Both the position numbers and the translations under genes were made by a program. Under the pieces are notes generated by a model. It saw only the letters and a program-made list of their open reading frames with translations, was not told the DNA's origin and ran no database searches. From Candidatus Limnocylindrales bacterium (GTDB lineage: Bacteria; Chloroflexota; Limnocylindria; Limnocylindrales; CSP1-4), in the NCBI GenBank assembly GCA_036493155.1, contig DASXQE010000106.1, forward strand, positions 299 through 64,298: DNA of 64,000 nucleotides. The letters are read 5' to 3'. This document shows positions 9,856-19,243 of the stretch, piece after piece (position 1 is the first letter of the stretch; the number at the start of each line of letters is the position of its first letter).

Positions 9856-10950
9856 GTGGAGGCACTCGGCTTCGCCCTCGGCCTGGTCCTGGTTGCGATC
9901 GTGGCCTGGGACCTGTTCCAGACCGTCGTGGTCCCGCGGCCCACGCCCGGCCACATCCGCGTCAGCCGCTACGTGGTCCGCGGGTCGTGGGCGCTGATGA
10001 AGCGCCTCGGGCGGCGATCGCCGGCGACGATGCGCGACAACCTGTACGGGCTCTACGGGCCCGGCGCGGCGATCCTCCTGCTCGCGGTCTGGCTGGGCCT
10101 CCTCATCCTCGGCTTCGGCCTGCTGCTGTACGCCCTGCGCGACGAGACCTCGCCGGTCCTGCCCGACATCTGGAGCGCGATCTACCTCGCGGCCAGCTCC
10201 GTCCTCACGATCGGCTACGGCGACTTCGTGCCGACGGGCCCGGCGACCCGGATCTTCTCGGTCTTCGCCGCCGTCGGCGGCCTCGGTGCGGTGGCGCTCG
10301 TCGTCACGTTCCTGTTCTCGCTGTACGGCTCGTACCAGCGGCGCGAGCTCGCGATCGTGACGCTCCAGGCTGCCGCCGGCAGCCCGCCGTCGGCCGTGGC
10401 GCTGCTGGAGACGTACGCCTCGCTCGAGATCCTCGATCGGCTGGATTCGCTGTTCCAGGAGTGGGAGGGCTGGTCGGCCGAGGTCCTCGACTCCCATGTC
10501 GCCTACCCGATCCTGGGCTTCTTCCGCTCGAGCCACGACAACCTGTCGTGGATCGGGGCGCTCGGCACGGTCCTGGACGCGGCCACGCTGGTCGTCACGA
10601 CGATCGACGGGCTGCCGCAGGGCCACGCCGAGCTCGCCCGCCGCGTCGGCTCGCACCTCGCCGAGGACCTGAGCAACCTGGGGTTCGCCGAGGGTGAGAC
10701 CGCGTGGCTGAGCCGCGACGATTTCGAGGCGGCCTGCGACCGGCTCGAGCGAGCGGGCTTCCGGCTCGTGGACCGCGGCCAGGCCTGGGGCCGGTTCGAG
10801 GCGGCTCGCCTGGCCTACGCGCCGCGCCTCGAGTCGATGGCCACCTATTGGGCCGTGGCCGCGACATCCTGGCTGGGCGTCGGCGAGCAGGTCCGGTCGG
10901 CGGCGCACCGCCAGGAGCGGCGGCCCGAGGAGGAGCCGATCTACCTCTAG
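9856..10950 (+). CDS. two-TM potassium channel (KcsA-like pore) with cytoplasmic C-terminal domain
   Basis: TM1, a pore helix and TM2 with the selectivity filter TIGYGD. A ~200 aa soluble C-terminal domain of unknown family follows. Confidence 0.8.
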   Translation: MEALGFALGLVLVAIVAWDLFQTVVVPRPTPGHIRVSRYVVRGSWALMKRLGRRSPATMRDNLYGLYGPGAAILLLAVWLGLLILGFGLLLYALRDETSPVLPDIWSAIYLAASSVLTIGYGDFVPTGPATRIFSVFAAVGGLGAVALVVTFLFSLYGSYQRRELAIVTLQAAAGSPPSAVALLETYASLEILDRLDSLFQEWEGWSAEVLDSHVAYPILGFFRSSHDNLSWIGALGTVLDAATLVVTTIDGLPQGHAELARRVGSHLAEDLSNLGFAEGETAWLSRDDFEAACDRLERAGFRLVDRGQAWGRFEAARLAYAPRLESMATYWAVAATSWLGVGEQVRSAAHRQERRPEEEPIYL

Positions 10951-11471
10951 CCGCCGGCGCTCGAGGCCGGCGTCGCCGCGCCGGCGCTCGAAGCGGACGT
11001 CGCCGCGCCAGGCGCCGTGGCCAACCCGGCGGCCGTTGCCCAGGCGCCCAGCAGCTCCAGCAGCTCGGCCGGCCGGAACGGCTTGGCCAGGAAGGCGTCG
11101 CAGCCGGCGGCCGTGGCCGCGTCGCGCTGGGCCGCCAGGACGCTCGCGCTCATGATCACGACGCGCGGTCGTTCGCTTGGCGCCAGCCCGGCGATGTGCC
11201 GGGCGATGTCGAGGCCCGTGCCGTCCGGCAGGCGGATGTCGAGGACCACCGCGTCGGGCCGGTCCCCGCGCAGGCGCGCCCAGGCCTCGTCCAGCGTGGC
11301 CGCCTCGGTCACGCGAGCTGCGGCGACGCGGGCCTCGCTGCTGCGCGACAGGACCGCCCGCACGAGCAAGCGGTTGGTCGAGTCGTCGTCGACGACGAGG
11401 ATCCGGAAGGCCCCCGGGGCGCTCGCCGCTGGGGCGCTCGCCCGTGGGTCGCTCACTGCCTGGCCGCTCAT
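10947..11471 (-). CDS. single-domain response regulator (REC only)
   Basis: CheY-like receiver (ILVVDDD…, DAVVLDIRLPDGTG…, AKPF) with a low-complexity Ala/Ser tail. Confidence 0.8.
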   Translation of the reverse strand: MSGQAVSDPRASAPAASAPGAFRILVVDDDSTNRLLVRAVLSRSSEARVAAARVTEAATLDEAWARLRGDRPDAVVLDIRLPDGTGLDIARHIAGLAPSERPRVVIMSASVLAAQRDAATAAGCDAFLAKPFRPAELLELLGAWATAAGLATAPGAATSASSAGAATPASSAGG

Positions 11472-11485
11472 GTCGGGCGGCTGCT

Positions 11486-14218
11486 TCAGGCCGCGCCCGC
11501 TTCGGCGGCGTCCGGCGCGGCGATCTCCGCGCCCGGGAAGAAGGCGTTGTCGACGAGTGGCGCCAGCGGCATCTCCGGGTCGGGTGCCATCGGTTCATTG
11601 GGCGCGACACGCTGGAGCCAGCGTCGCAGGCCGGCCGCCGCGGCCGGGCCCTTCTGCGTGACGCCGACGACGTGGCCGTTCAGCCGCTCGCGCTCGGCAG
11701 CCGTCAGCTGGTGGCCCGTCAGGACCAGGATCGGCAGGTCGGCCGTGTCGGGCCGGGCCTTGATCGCGGCGATGACCTCGAAGCCGTCCATGCCAGGCAT
11801 GACCAAGTCGCAGATGACGAGATCGAAGGAGCCGCCGTCCATGGCCTCGAGCGCGGCCGCGCCAGATTGGACCCGCTCGACCTGGAACCCAGAGGGCTCA
11901 AGGGCCGCGGCGACGAGATCCAGGCTCTGGGGCTCGTCGTCGACGGCCAGGATCCGGACCGTCCGGCTCTCGACGGTGGTCATCAAGGCGAACCGCGACA
12001 GGCAGGCCAGCAGCGCCTCGCGCTTGACCGGCTTGACGAGGTAGTCGGCGGCGCCAAGGGCCAGGCCCACCTCGCGCTCGTCGACCACCGTGACGATGAC
12101 CACCGGCACGTCCCGCAGGTCCGGGTTCGACTTGAGCTGGCGGAGGACCTCCCAGCCGTCGATGCCGGGCAGCAGCACGTCGAGGATGATGGCGGCCGGC
12201 GGCGACCGGCGGGCTTCGGCCAGGCCCAGCTCGCCACTTGGCGCGAGCACGACGCGATAGCCGTCGGTCTCGAGGTGCTCCCGCAGGAGCCGCGCCGCGG
12301 CGACCTCGTCCTCGATGACGAGGACGGTCGGCTCGACGGGTTGCCACCACGTGGCTCGGCCGGGTTCGGGCAGGGCATCGGCGACCTCCGCCCGGGTCGT
12401 GGCCGCCGCGATCGGCAGCACCACGGTGAAGGTGCTCCCGACGCCCGGCTCGGAGGTCAGCTCGATGTGGCCGCCGTGGGCCTCGACGAGGCGGCGGGTC
12501 AGCGCCAGGCCGAGGCCGGTGCCGCCCTCCTGCTGGCCGTGGTCGCCGACCTGCCGGAACTCCTCGAAGACGTGGACCTGGTCAGCCGCCGCGATCCCGA
12601 TCCCGGTGTCCGCGACGGACAGGCGGACCTCGGCCCCGACGGCCACTGCCTCGACCGTGACCCGTCCGCCATCGGGCGTGAACTTGATGGCGTTCGACAG
12701 GAGGTTGTAGAGCACCTGGCGGAGCCGCCCGCGGTCGACCTCCAGCACGATGCTGGGCACGTGGGTCTCGAGCTGAAGATGCTTCGGATCGGCCAGCGGG
12801 CGCAGCCCCGCAACCACCTCGACGGTCGCGCCCGCGAGGTCGACGGCCTCCGGGTGGAGCTCCAGGCGCCCGGCGTCGACCTTCGCCAGGTCGAGGACGT
12901 CGTTGATCAGCTCGAGGAGATGCTGGCCGCTGCGATGGACATGGTCGATCCAGTCCCGCGGGATCGAGGCGCGATCGGCGTCGCCCGGCTCGTCGCGCAT
13001 CAGGTCGCTGAAGCCGATGATCGCGTTCAGGGGCGTCCGGAGCTCGTGGCTCATGCTCGCGAGGAAGTCGCTCTTCGCGGCATTCGCGGCGCCGAGGGCC
13101 GCGACCGTCTCGGACAGGCGCGCGCTGAGGGCCTCCTGGTCGGCCAGCAGTGTCCGGCGCTCGGCCAGCATCGCGGTCTGGCCACCCATGACCTCCAGGA
13201 GGTCGAGGTCGTCGTCGCCGAAGAGGCTCGGCCGCGTCGAGGTCATGATCACGGCCGCCGACGGCGACAGCGGGACCGTCGACACGAAGCGATCCGCCGT
13301 TCGGCGACCGAGGGTCGCGTGGATCGGCGACCGCGCCTGCTCGATCGGCAGCGCGATCGTCCGGCGGAGGTGCGCCAGGTCGTCGCCGCGGAACTCGTCG
13401 CCGTCGTCGGAGGTGGCCCCACCGGCCGCGGCCACGATGCGCGCCACGCCGCCGCCCGCGGTCGCGACCACGAACGCGTGGCCGCCGTTCGTGTCCGCCG
13501 CAACCGCGGCAAGCCGCGCCCAGAGCGCCTCGACGGGCTCGTCTGCGGGCGCCAGGACCAGGTTTCGCGTGAAGCTCGCGGCGGCGGTGGCCTGCCACAA
13601 CCGGCGGAGCGGCCGCGGCGGCAGGAAGGCGGCCAGGTAGCCGAGGGCGGCAAGCAGGACGGCCAGCTCGCTGACGCTGACCCCGGCGGCATCGCTGGCC
13701 GCCGGGCTCACCTGTGAGGCGAGGAGGGCGACCGCCAGCGCACCGGTGGCCGCCGAGGCGGTCAGCAGCCGGATCCGGGCCGAGCCGCGGCGCCGCAGCG
13801 CCTCGCGCGCGAACGCACCGGCGACGACCAGGTTCAGGCCGACGAAGTACAGGACGGCCACGACCAGGATCGCCGTCGGGATGGTCGGCAACGTCGCCAC
13901 GACGCTCGCGGTGATCGCGACGAACAGGACCATGGCCAGCGGCATGACGCCCGGCCGCAGCGGGCGGAGCGCGTCGACGAGGCGCAGGGCCAGCAGGGGC
14001 TGGGCGAGCAGGGCCGCCAGGACGACCACGGCCAGCCAGTCGGGCAGTGGCCGCAGGACCAGGCTGAGCAGGCTGACGACGAGGAACGATCCCAGCGTGG
14101 AGAACACCAGGGCCACGTCGCGGGCGATCGGGTCGTGATGGCGGACGGCCCTGACGGCGGCCGTGACGAAGCACGCGGCGAAGGCGACTTCGATGAGGAA
14201 GTTGAGGAGGGCGGTCAT
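11486..14218 (-). CDS. hybrid sensor histidine kinase (TM + GAF + HisKA/HATPase + two REC)
   Basis: HisKA H-box (SHELRTPLNAIIGFSDLM), HATPase G-boxes (DTGIGI, GGTGLGL) and two receiver domains (VLVIEDE…, ILAVDDE…). N-terminal multi-TM and GAF-like region. Likely start MTALLNF (14218). Confidence 0.85.
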   Translation of the reverse strand: MTALLNFLIEVAFAACFVTAAVRAVRHHDPIARDVALVFSTLGSFLVVSLLSLVLRPLPDWLAVVVLAALLAQPLLALRLVDALRPLRPGVMPLAMVLFVAITASVVATLPTIPTAILVVAVLYFVGLNLVVAGAFAREALRRRGSARIRLLTASAATGALAVALLASQVSPAASDAAGVSVSELAVLLAALGYLAAFLPPRPLRRLWQATAAASFTRNLVLAPADEPVEALWARLAAVAADTNGGHAFVVATAGGGVARIVAAAGGATSDDGDEFRGDDLAHLRRTIALPIEQARSPIHATLGRRTADRFVSTVPLSPSAAVIMTSTRPSLFGDDDLDLLEVMGGQTAMLAERRTLLADQEALSARLSETVAALGAANAAKSDFLASMSHELRTPLNAIIGFSDLMRDEPGDADRASIPRDWIDHVHRSGQHLLELINDVLDLAKVDAGRLELHPEAVDLAGATVEVVAGLRPLADPKHLQLETHVPSIVLEVDRGRLRQVLYNLLSNAIKFTPDGGRVTVEAVAVGAEVRLSVADTGIGIAAADQVHVFEEFRQVGDHGQQEGGTGLGLALTRRLVEAHGGHIELTSEPGVGSTFTVVLPIAAATTRAEVADALPEPGRATWWQPVEPTVLVIEDEVAAARLLREHLETDGYRVVLAPSGELGLAEARRSPPAAIILDVLLPGIDGWEVLRQLKSNPDLRDVPVVIVTVVDEREVGLALGAADYLVKPVKREALLACLSRFALMTTVESRTVRILAVDDEPQSLDLVAAALEPSGFQVERVQSGAAALEAMDGGSFDLVICDLVMPGMDGFEVIAAIKARPDTADLPILVLTGHQLTAAERERLNGHVVGVTQKGPAAAAGLRRWLQRVAPNEPMAPDPEMPLAPLVDNAFFPGAEIAAPDAAEAGAA

Positions 14219-15240
14219 GCCACGGCCAGCGGGTGGAGCCCGCGCGGCCCGAGATCGAGGTCGGGGACCTCGAAGACCTGCCAGTCGCGAGCCTCCACGA
14301 ACAGCCCCACGAGACCCGGATCGAGCTGGCGGCCGGCCTCGGCGACGAGGATGTCCATGGCCGTCGCGTGGTCGCGACCGGCCCGGTACGGACGATCGTG
14401 GGTGATGGCGTCGTACGTGTCGACGACGGCCACCACCCGGGCCCCCAGCGGGATCGCCTCGGCTCGCAGCCCATCGGGATAGCCGGCGCCGTCCCAGCGC
14501 TCGTGGTGGCCGCGGACGATCGGCGCGACGATCCGTCCGAAGCGCAGCGGCTCGATGATCGCGGCGCCGATGACCGGGTGGCGGCGCATCTGCTGCCACT
14601 CCAGCTCGGTGAGGGCCGCCGGCTTGTGGAGGATCCCTTCGGGGATGCCGATCTTGCCGACGTCGTGGAGGGCGGCCCCGTAGCCGATGGCCTCGATGTC
14701 CTCGTGCGACGCGCCGGCCGCTCGGGCGAGCTCCATCGCCATGCCGGCGAGGCGGTTGCAGTGGTCCTCGGTGTGGCGATCCTTGGCCTCGACGGCATTG
14801 GCGAGGGCGACGAGCACGCCTTGGACGTCCTCGAGCCGATCCATCGCGGCCTTCAGCCGGACGGCGGCCCGAACGCGAGCGGCCAGCTCGGCGGGGACGA
14901 ACGGCTTCGTCACGAAGTCGGTCGCGCCGGCATCCAGGCCGGTGACCTTGTCATCGAGCGTCGTGCGGCCGGTGACGAGGATGACCGGCGTCGTGGCCGT
15001 CATGGGATCGGCGCGGAGCCGGCGGGTCACCTCGATGCCGTCCAGGCCCGGCATCTCGATGTCCATGAGGACGAGGTCGGGGCCCAGGGTGCGGGCAGCC
15101 TCGACGACGCCGTCGCCGGACTCGAAGAGCACGACCCGACAGCCCTGGCGGCCGAGCATGATGTCGAGCAGCTGGCGATTGGCCGGATCGTCGTCGACGA
15201 CGAGGATCAGAGGCCGGCGGCTGGGACGCATCTCGAGCAT
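14215..15240 (-). CDS. response regulator with HD-GYP phosphodiesterase domain
   Basis: REC (ILVVDDDPANRQLL…DIEMPGLDG) followed by HD-GYP (HDVGKIGIP, HHERWDGAGYPDGL). Overlaps the kinase start by 4 nt. Confidence 0.85.
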   Translation of the reverse strand: MLEMRPSRRPLILVVDDDPANRQLLDIMLGRQGCRVVLFESGDGVVEAARTLGPDLVLMDIEMPGLDGIEVTRRLRADPMTATTPVILVTGRTTLDDKVTGLDAGATDFVTKPFVPAELAARVRAAVRLKAAMDRLEDVQGVLVALANAVEAKDRHTEDHCNRLAGMAMELARAAGASHEDIEAIGYGAALHDVGKIGIPEGILHKPAALTELEWQQMRRHPVIGAAIIEPLRFGRIVAPIVRGHHERWDGAGYPDGLRAEAIPLGARVVAVVDTYDAITHDRPYRAGRDHATAMDILVAEAGRQLDPGLVGLFVEARDWQVFEVPDLDLGPRGLHPLAVA

Positions 15241-15353
15241 GGGCGTGTGGCAACCCCCGTGTGTGTCACGAGGATGTTGACCGCGCGCCCCGCCGTCATT
15301 GGCCCGATAGTCCTATGGCCTCGTTCGGTCGCAACGGGGCGCGAAGAAACGAC

Positions 15354-15716
15354 CTACGGGCGCGAAGAACCTATCCGCCTCTTGGCGCGGTAGGCGATGA
15401 CCTCGACGCGCTGGAGCGTGATCAGCCCGTCGGCCACCATCGCGTCGATCTCGGGCAGGACCGTGCGAATCCGGTCCTCCTGGTCGACGACCTCGATCAG
15501 GATGGGGAGGTCCGTGGACAGCGCGAGGATGCGGGTCGTGTGGATGTGGTGCTTGGCGCCGAAGCCCTCGATGCCGCGAATGACGGTGGCGCCCGCGAGG
15601 CCGCGGTCGCGCAGCAAATGGACGATCGCCTCGTAGAGCGGCTTCCCGTGCCAGGTGTCGGACTCGCCGATGTAGATGCGCGCGAGCAGGACCTGACCCT
15701 CGATCTTCATCCGGCC
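15354..15716 (-). CDS. DUF190-family protein (CrcB-associated)
   Basis: Real start MKIEGQVLLARIYIGESD… inside a longer track ORF. Small, PII-like nitrogen-regulatory-fold (DUF190) family. Confidence 0.7.
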   Translation of the reverse strand, partial: GRMKIEGQVLLARIYIGESDTWHGKPLYEAIVHLLRDRGLAGATVIRGIEGFGAKHHIHTTRILALSTDLPILIEVVDQEDRIRTVLPEIDAMVADGLITLQRVEVIAYRAKRRIGSSRP

Positions 15717-16081
15717 AACCTCCCGAGCGCGAGCCCAGCGAGAACGGCCGCGAGGCCGAGGATGCACGAGCCCGCAACGTTCACGAACGCGAGCGCGAGC
15801 GCACCGCCTTCGGCCAGCCGCCAGCTCTCGAGCATGAGGGTCGAGAAGGTCGTGTAGGCGCCGATGAAGCCGATCATGAGCGGCGCCCGGGTGTCCGGCG
15901 GCAGCACGCCGCGTTCGATCGCGAGCGCGAACAGCAGCCCGAGCACGAACGAACCCGAGGTGTTGATGACCAGCGTCCCCCACGGGAACTCGGCGCCGAG
16001 GCGATCGACGATGGCGCCGTCGACGAGATAGCGGCTGAGGGCGCCGGCGGCTCCGCCAGCGGCGACGAGGACGAGGGTCAC
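15707..16081 (-). CDS. crcB: fluoride ion channel CrcB/Fluc
   Basis: 124 aa, 4 TM, CrcB motifs (GTLVINTSGSFVLG, GFIGAYTTFST). GTG start with AGGAGG RBS. Confidence 0.85.
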   Translation of the reverse strand: MTLVLVAAGGAAGALSRYLVDGAIVDRLGAEFPWGTLVINTSGSFVLGLLFALAIERGVLPPDTRAPLMIGFIGAYTTFSTLMLESWRLAEGGALALAFVNVAGSCILGLAAVLAGLALGRLAG

Positions 16082-16108
16082 GGGGGCCTCCTGACGTGGC
16101 GGTGGATC

Positions 16109-16166
16109 GGTCAGGAGCCATCAGCCCTCGCGGGCGGTTCGGGTACGGCGAGCCCCATCGCCAAGT
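16109..16166 (-). promoter_or_regulatory. fluoride riboswitch (crcB RNA motif) in the crcB 5' leader
   Basis: Minus-strand sequence is CUUGGCGAUGGGGCUCGCCGUACCCGAACCGCCCGCGAGGGCUGAUGGCUCCUGACC. It matches the GGCGAUGG…AACCGCC…GCUGAUG-CUCCU consensus. Its 3' CUCCUGAC is complementary to the downstream GUCAGGAGG RBS. Confidence 0.8.
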
Positions 16167-16316
16167 CCGGGAGCATGTTGGGACGGTCCCATTCAGTCAA
16201 CCTCCGGTGCGGGACGGCACGGGCTGATCACTCGCTCCCGGCGCTCGTTGCGCAATCCGGAGCCGGGAGTGACAGAATGACCCTGGCGGACACTTTACAT
16301 ACGTAGAGGGAGTTGC

Positions 16317-17210
16317 GTGGCAGAAACCGTCGTCGCCATCCGCGGCCTGGTCAAGCACTACGGCCCGGTCGAGGCGGTCCGCGGGATCGATCTCGAGATC
16401 GGGAGGGGCGAGGTCTTCGGCTTCCTGGGCCCGAACGGGGCCGGCAAGAGCACGACGATCCGGTGCCTGATGGGTCTCCTCGTCCCGACTGCGGGACATG
16501 TCGAGGCCTTCGGGATGGATGCGACCCGCGAGGGCGTGTCGCTCCGCCGGCGCGTCGCCTACGTCCCGGGCGAGCTCCGGCTGCCCGAGCGGCTGACCGG
16601 CGCGCAGCTGGTCGCGGACATCGGACGGCTGCGAGGCGGCTTCGACCCGAAGCGCGTGGCGGGCCTGGTCGCGCGTCTCGGCCTCGACCTCGATCGGCCG
16701 GTTCGCGACTTGTCGACCGGCAATCGCCGCAAGGTGGCCCTGCTCCTGGCCTTCAGCAGCGACGCCGAGCTGCTGGTCCTCGATGAGCCGACCCAGGGCC
16801 TCGATCCCCTGATCCAGCGCGAGTTCCTGGGACTGCTGGCCGAGGCGAAGGCCGCGGCGAAGACGGTGTTCCTGTCCTCGCACGTCCTGAGCGAGGTCCA
16901 GCGCGCCGCCGACCGGGTCGCGGTGCTCCGATCCGGACAGGTGATCGCGACGGGCACCGTGGAGGACCTGCGACGTCGCGCCCGCCAGCGGATCGAGGTC
17001 TGGTTCGAGGGCCCCACGCCGACCGCCGAGATCGCCGGTGTGGCCGGCATCGGTGAGGTGCGGAGCGACGGGGGCCGGCTGACCGCAACGTTGGCCGGGC
17101 CGATCGCGCCACTGCTCGCGGTCCTCGCACGGCATGCCGTGACATCGATGCTCGTCGAGGAGCCGGACCTCGAGGAGGCGTTCCTCGACCTGTACGCGAA
17201 CGCGGCATGA
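16317..17210 (+). CDS. ABC transporter ATP-binding protein
   Basis: Walker A (GPNGAGKST), ABC signature (LSTGNRRK) and Walker B (LLVLDEPT). GTG start after GAGGGAG. Confidence 0.85.
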   Translation: MAETVVAIRGLVKHYGPVEAVRGIDLEIGRGEVFGFLGPNGAGKSTTIRCLMGLLVPTAGHVEAFGMDATREGVSLRRRVAYVPGELRLPERLTGAQLVADIGRLRGGFDPKRVAGLVARLGLDLDRPVRDLSTGNRRKVALLLAFSSDAELLVLDEPTQGLDPLIQREFLGLLAEAKAAAKTVFLSSHVLSEVQRAADRVAVLRSGQVIATGTVEDLRRRARQRIEVWFEGPTPTAEIAGVAGIGEVRSDGGRLTATLAGPIAPLLAVLARHAVTSMLVEEPDLEEAFLDLYANAA

Positions 17211-18010
17211 CCGGCTTGCTCCCGCTCCTCCTCCCTGCCCTGCGTGCGGCTCGTCGAGCGGCCGTGTGGTGGTCGGTGGCGCTGGCCGTGCTGGTCGCCG
17301 CGACGGTCGCCTTCTGGCCGGCCTTCAAGGGGGCATCCGGGATCTCCGATGCCATCGGCAACCTGCCGCCGACCGTGATCGACGCCTTCGGCCTCCGTGA
17401 CTTCGGGACGCCGGCTGGCTTCCTGCGCGGCAACCTGTACGAGCTGTTCGTGCCGCTGCTGCTGAGCATCGCGGCCGTCGCGCTGGTCAATGGCCAGACC
17501 GCCGCCGACGAGACCGCCGGCCGCCTCGAGATCCCGCTCTCGCAACCGGTCGCCCGCCGAGCCCTCTTCCTCGCTCGCGCGCTGGCTTGTCTCACGGCCG
17601 TCGCCGCGATCGCCGTCGTCACGATCGTCGTGCAGATCGTGTTCGACAATCTCGTCGGCCTCTCGATCGAGGCCCAGCGCGTCGTCGCGACGGCGATCCT
17701 GTGCGGACTGCTCGCCGGCGTCCATGGCAGCGTCGCCTATGCGATCGCGTGCCTGGTCGCCCGCCCGTCGCTCGTCCTCGCGGCTGGTGTCGGCCTCACG
17801 ATCGGGGGCTACATCGTTGCCGCGCTATTCCCGATCTCGACGATCCTGGAGCCCTGGCGGGTGATCTCGCCGTGGTCCTGGGCGCTCGGCAGCGACCCGC
17901 TCGTCAACGGCGCCGAGCCGTGGCGCTTCGGCCTGCTGGCTGCCGTCACCGCTGCCGCACTCGTCGCAGGCACGATGGTCGTGGCCCGGCGCGATGTCGC
18001 GGCCGCGTGA
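17207..18010 (+). CDS. ABC-2 family transporter permease
   Basis: 6-TM hydrophobic protein whose start overlaps the ATPase stop (translational coupling). Confidence 0.7.
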   Translation: MTGLLPLLLPALRAARRAAVWWSVALAVLVAATVAFWPAFKGASGISDAIGNLPPTVIDAFGLRDFGTPAGFLRGNLYELFVPLLLSIAAVALVNGQTAADETAGRLEIPLSQPVARRALFLARALACLTAVAAIAVVTIVVQIVFDNLVGLSIEAQRVVATAILCGLLAGVHGSVAYAIACLVARPSLVLAAGVGLTIGGYIVAALFPISTILEPWRVISPWSWALGSDPLVNGAEPWRFGLLAAVTAAALVAGTMVVARRDVAAA

Positions 18011-18021
18011 GGACTGAAGGC

Positions 18022-18098
18022 TGGTCGGGGCGGTGGGATTCGAACCCACGACTTCGTGCTCCCAAAGCACGCGCGCTGCCAGGCTGCGCCACGCCCCG
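18022..18098 (-). tRNA. tRNA-Pro (anticodon UGG)
   Basis: 77-nt cloverleaf CGGGGCG-UG-GCGC…GCGC-CGUGC-UUUGGGA-GCACG-AAGUC-GUGGG-UUCGAAU-CCCAC-CGCCCCG-A-CCA. Encoded CCA present. Confidence 0.9.
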
Positions 18099-18220
18099 CC
18101 GGCGGACAAGCCTACACGCGGCGGCTTGCGGCGCGGCACGCCGAGGCGCCCGGGCGCGGCACGCCACCACGCCGGGCGTGGCACGCCAGCGGCCCCGGTG
18201 TGGCCGCTCCCAGGGCTTGA

Positions 18221-19198
18221 TCAGCGCGGCTTCTCGAGGACGACCTGGAAGAAGTCCCGGGTGAGGTCGGCCCGCGGGTAACGGCCGAGGATCCACTCGA
18301 AGCGCTGGTAGAGCGCCTCGTCGATCGGCGTCTCGAGCAGCTTCTGGCGGCGAATCCGGAATCCCAAGCCGAGGATGTGCTCGCGGTATTGCTCCCAGGT
18401 GAGCTTGTTGACCCACTCGGAGCCCTCCTCCGGCAGGCCCTGGCGGCGGTAGAAGGCCCGGACGACGTCGTCGCCGAACAGCAGGTGCGGCCATGGGAAG
18501 TAGACCTCGCGGTAGCGATGCGAGGCCTTCGGACCGCGATAGAGGTTGGCCGTGATCCAGGCCAGCCCGCCTGGCCGGAGGACGCGGTACAGCTCCGCGA
18601 GGGTCGCGGCCGGATGGCTGACGTGCTCGAAGACGTTGATCGACACGACCCGATCGAACGAGCCGGCGGCGAAGGGCTGCTCGGTCGCGAGGTCGGCCAT
18701 GACGAACGTTCGATCCGGGCCGGTGAGGGTCGCCCAGCTGCCGTGCTCGACGATGTCGATCCCGGTGGCTCGCGCCCCGTAGGCGTCGGCCAGGAACCAG
18801 ACCTCGTAGCCGTTGCCGCAGCCGAAGACGAGGACATCCCGGCTCGCGAGGTCGATCCGGCCATGGATGCCGGCCAGGCGGGCCGTGGCCCGATCGACGA
18901 GCGTGTCGTGGTCGTACGCCGGCGGAGCCGGCACGAGCGGATGGCTCGCGTACTCGCGATTCAGGGCCTCGAACAGCTCGACGTCCATGGCCTCGGCGAG
19001 GGGCACCCGCAGGGCCGTGCCGCGGAGGTGCCGCATCGGCTCGGCGATCGCCGGCGGCCGGCCGGTGACGGCCACGGGCGAGGTGCGGGGCGGCTGCCAG
19101 GCGTTCCGGCGCGGCCGCCATCGCATCAGCCGCCGCAGCCGGCGAGCCACGCCGCGGGCCACGCGTCGAGCCAACCCGGCGGCCGCGGGAGCTGTCAC
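18221..19198 (-). CDS. class I SAM-dependent methyltransferase
   Basis: Motif I (VLVFGCGNGYE) and post-I (ATGIDI). N-terminal 50 residues may be overcalled. Confidence 0.75.
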   Translation of the reverse strand: MTAPAAAGLARRVARGVARRLRRLMRWRPRRNAWQPPRTSPVAVTGRPPAIAEPMRHLRGTALRVPLAEAMDVELFEALNREYASHPLVPAPPAYDHDTLVDRATARLAGIHGRIDLASRDVLVFGCGNGYEVWFLADAYGARATGIDIVEHGSWATLTGPDRTFVMADLATEQPFAAGSFDRVVSINVFEHVSHPAATLAELYRVLRPGGLAWITANLYRGPKASHRYREVYFPWPHLLFGDDVVRAFYRRQGLPEEGSEWVNKLTWEQYREHILGLGFRIRRQKLLETPIDEALYQRFEWILGRYPRADLTRDFFQVVLEKPR

Positions 19199-19243
19199 CG
19201 CGTGCCTGCCACGGTCTCGCCGGCCTCGAATCGGGCCGGCCGC

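Noticed and set aside
11177-14798. Plus ORF 11177-13717 (846 aa) and minus ORF 12582-14798 (738 aa)
   Set aside because: Both are alternative frames or antisense of the hybrid histidine kinase, which has unambiguous HisKA/HATPase/REC motifs.
18022-18098. tRNA-Pro as a genomic-island or integration boundary
   Set aside because: No integrase, recombinase, direct-repeat copy of the tRNA 3' end, or compositional shift was seen on either side.
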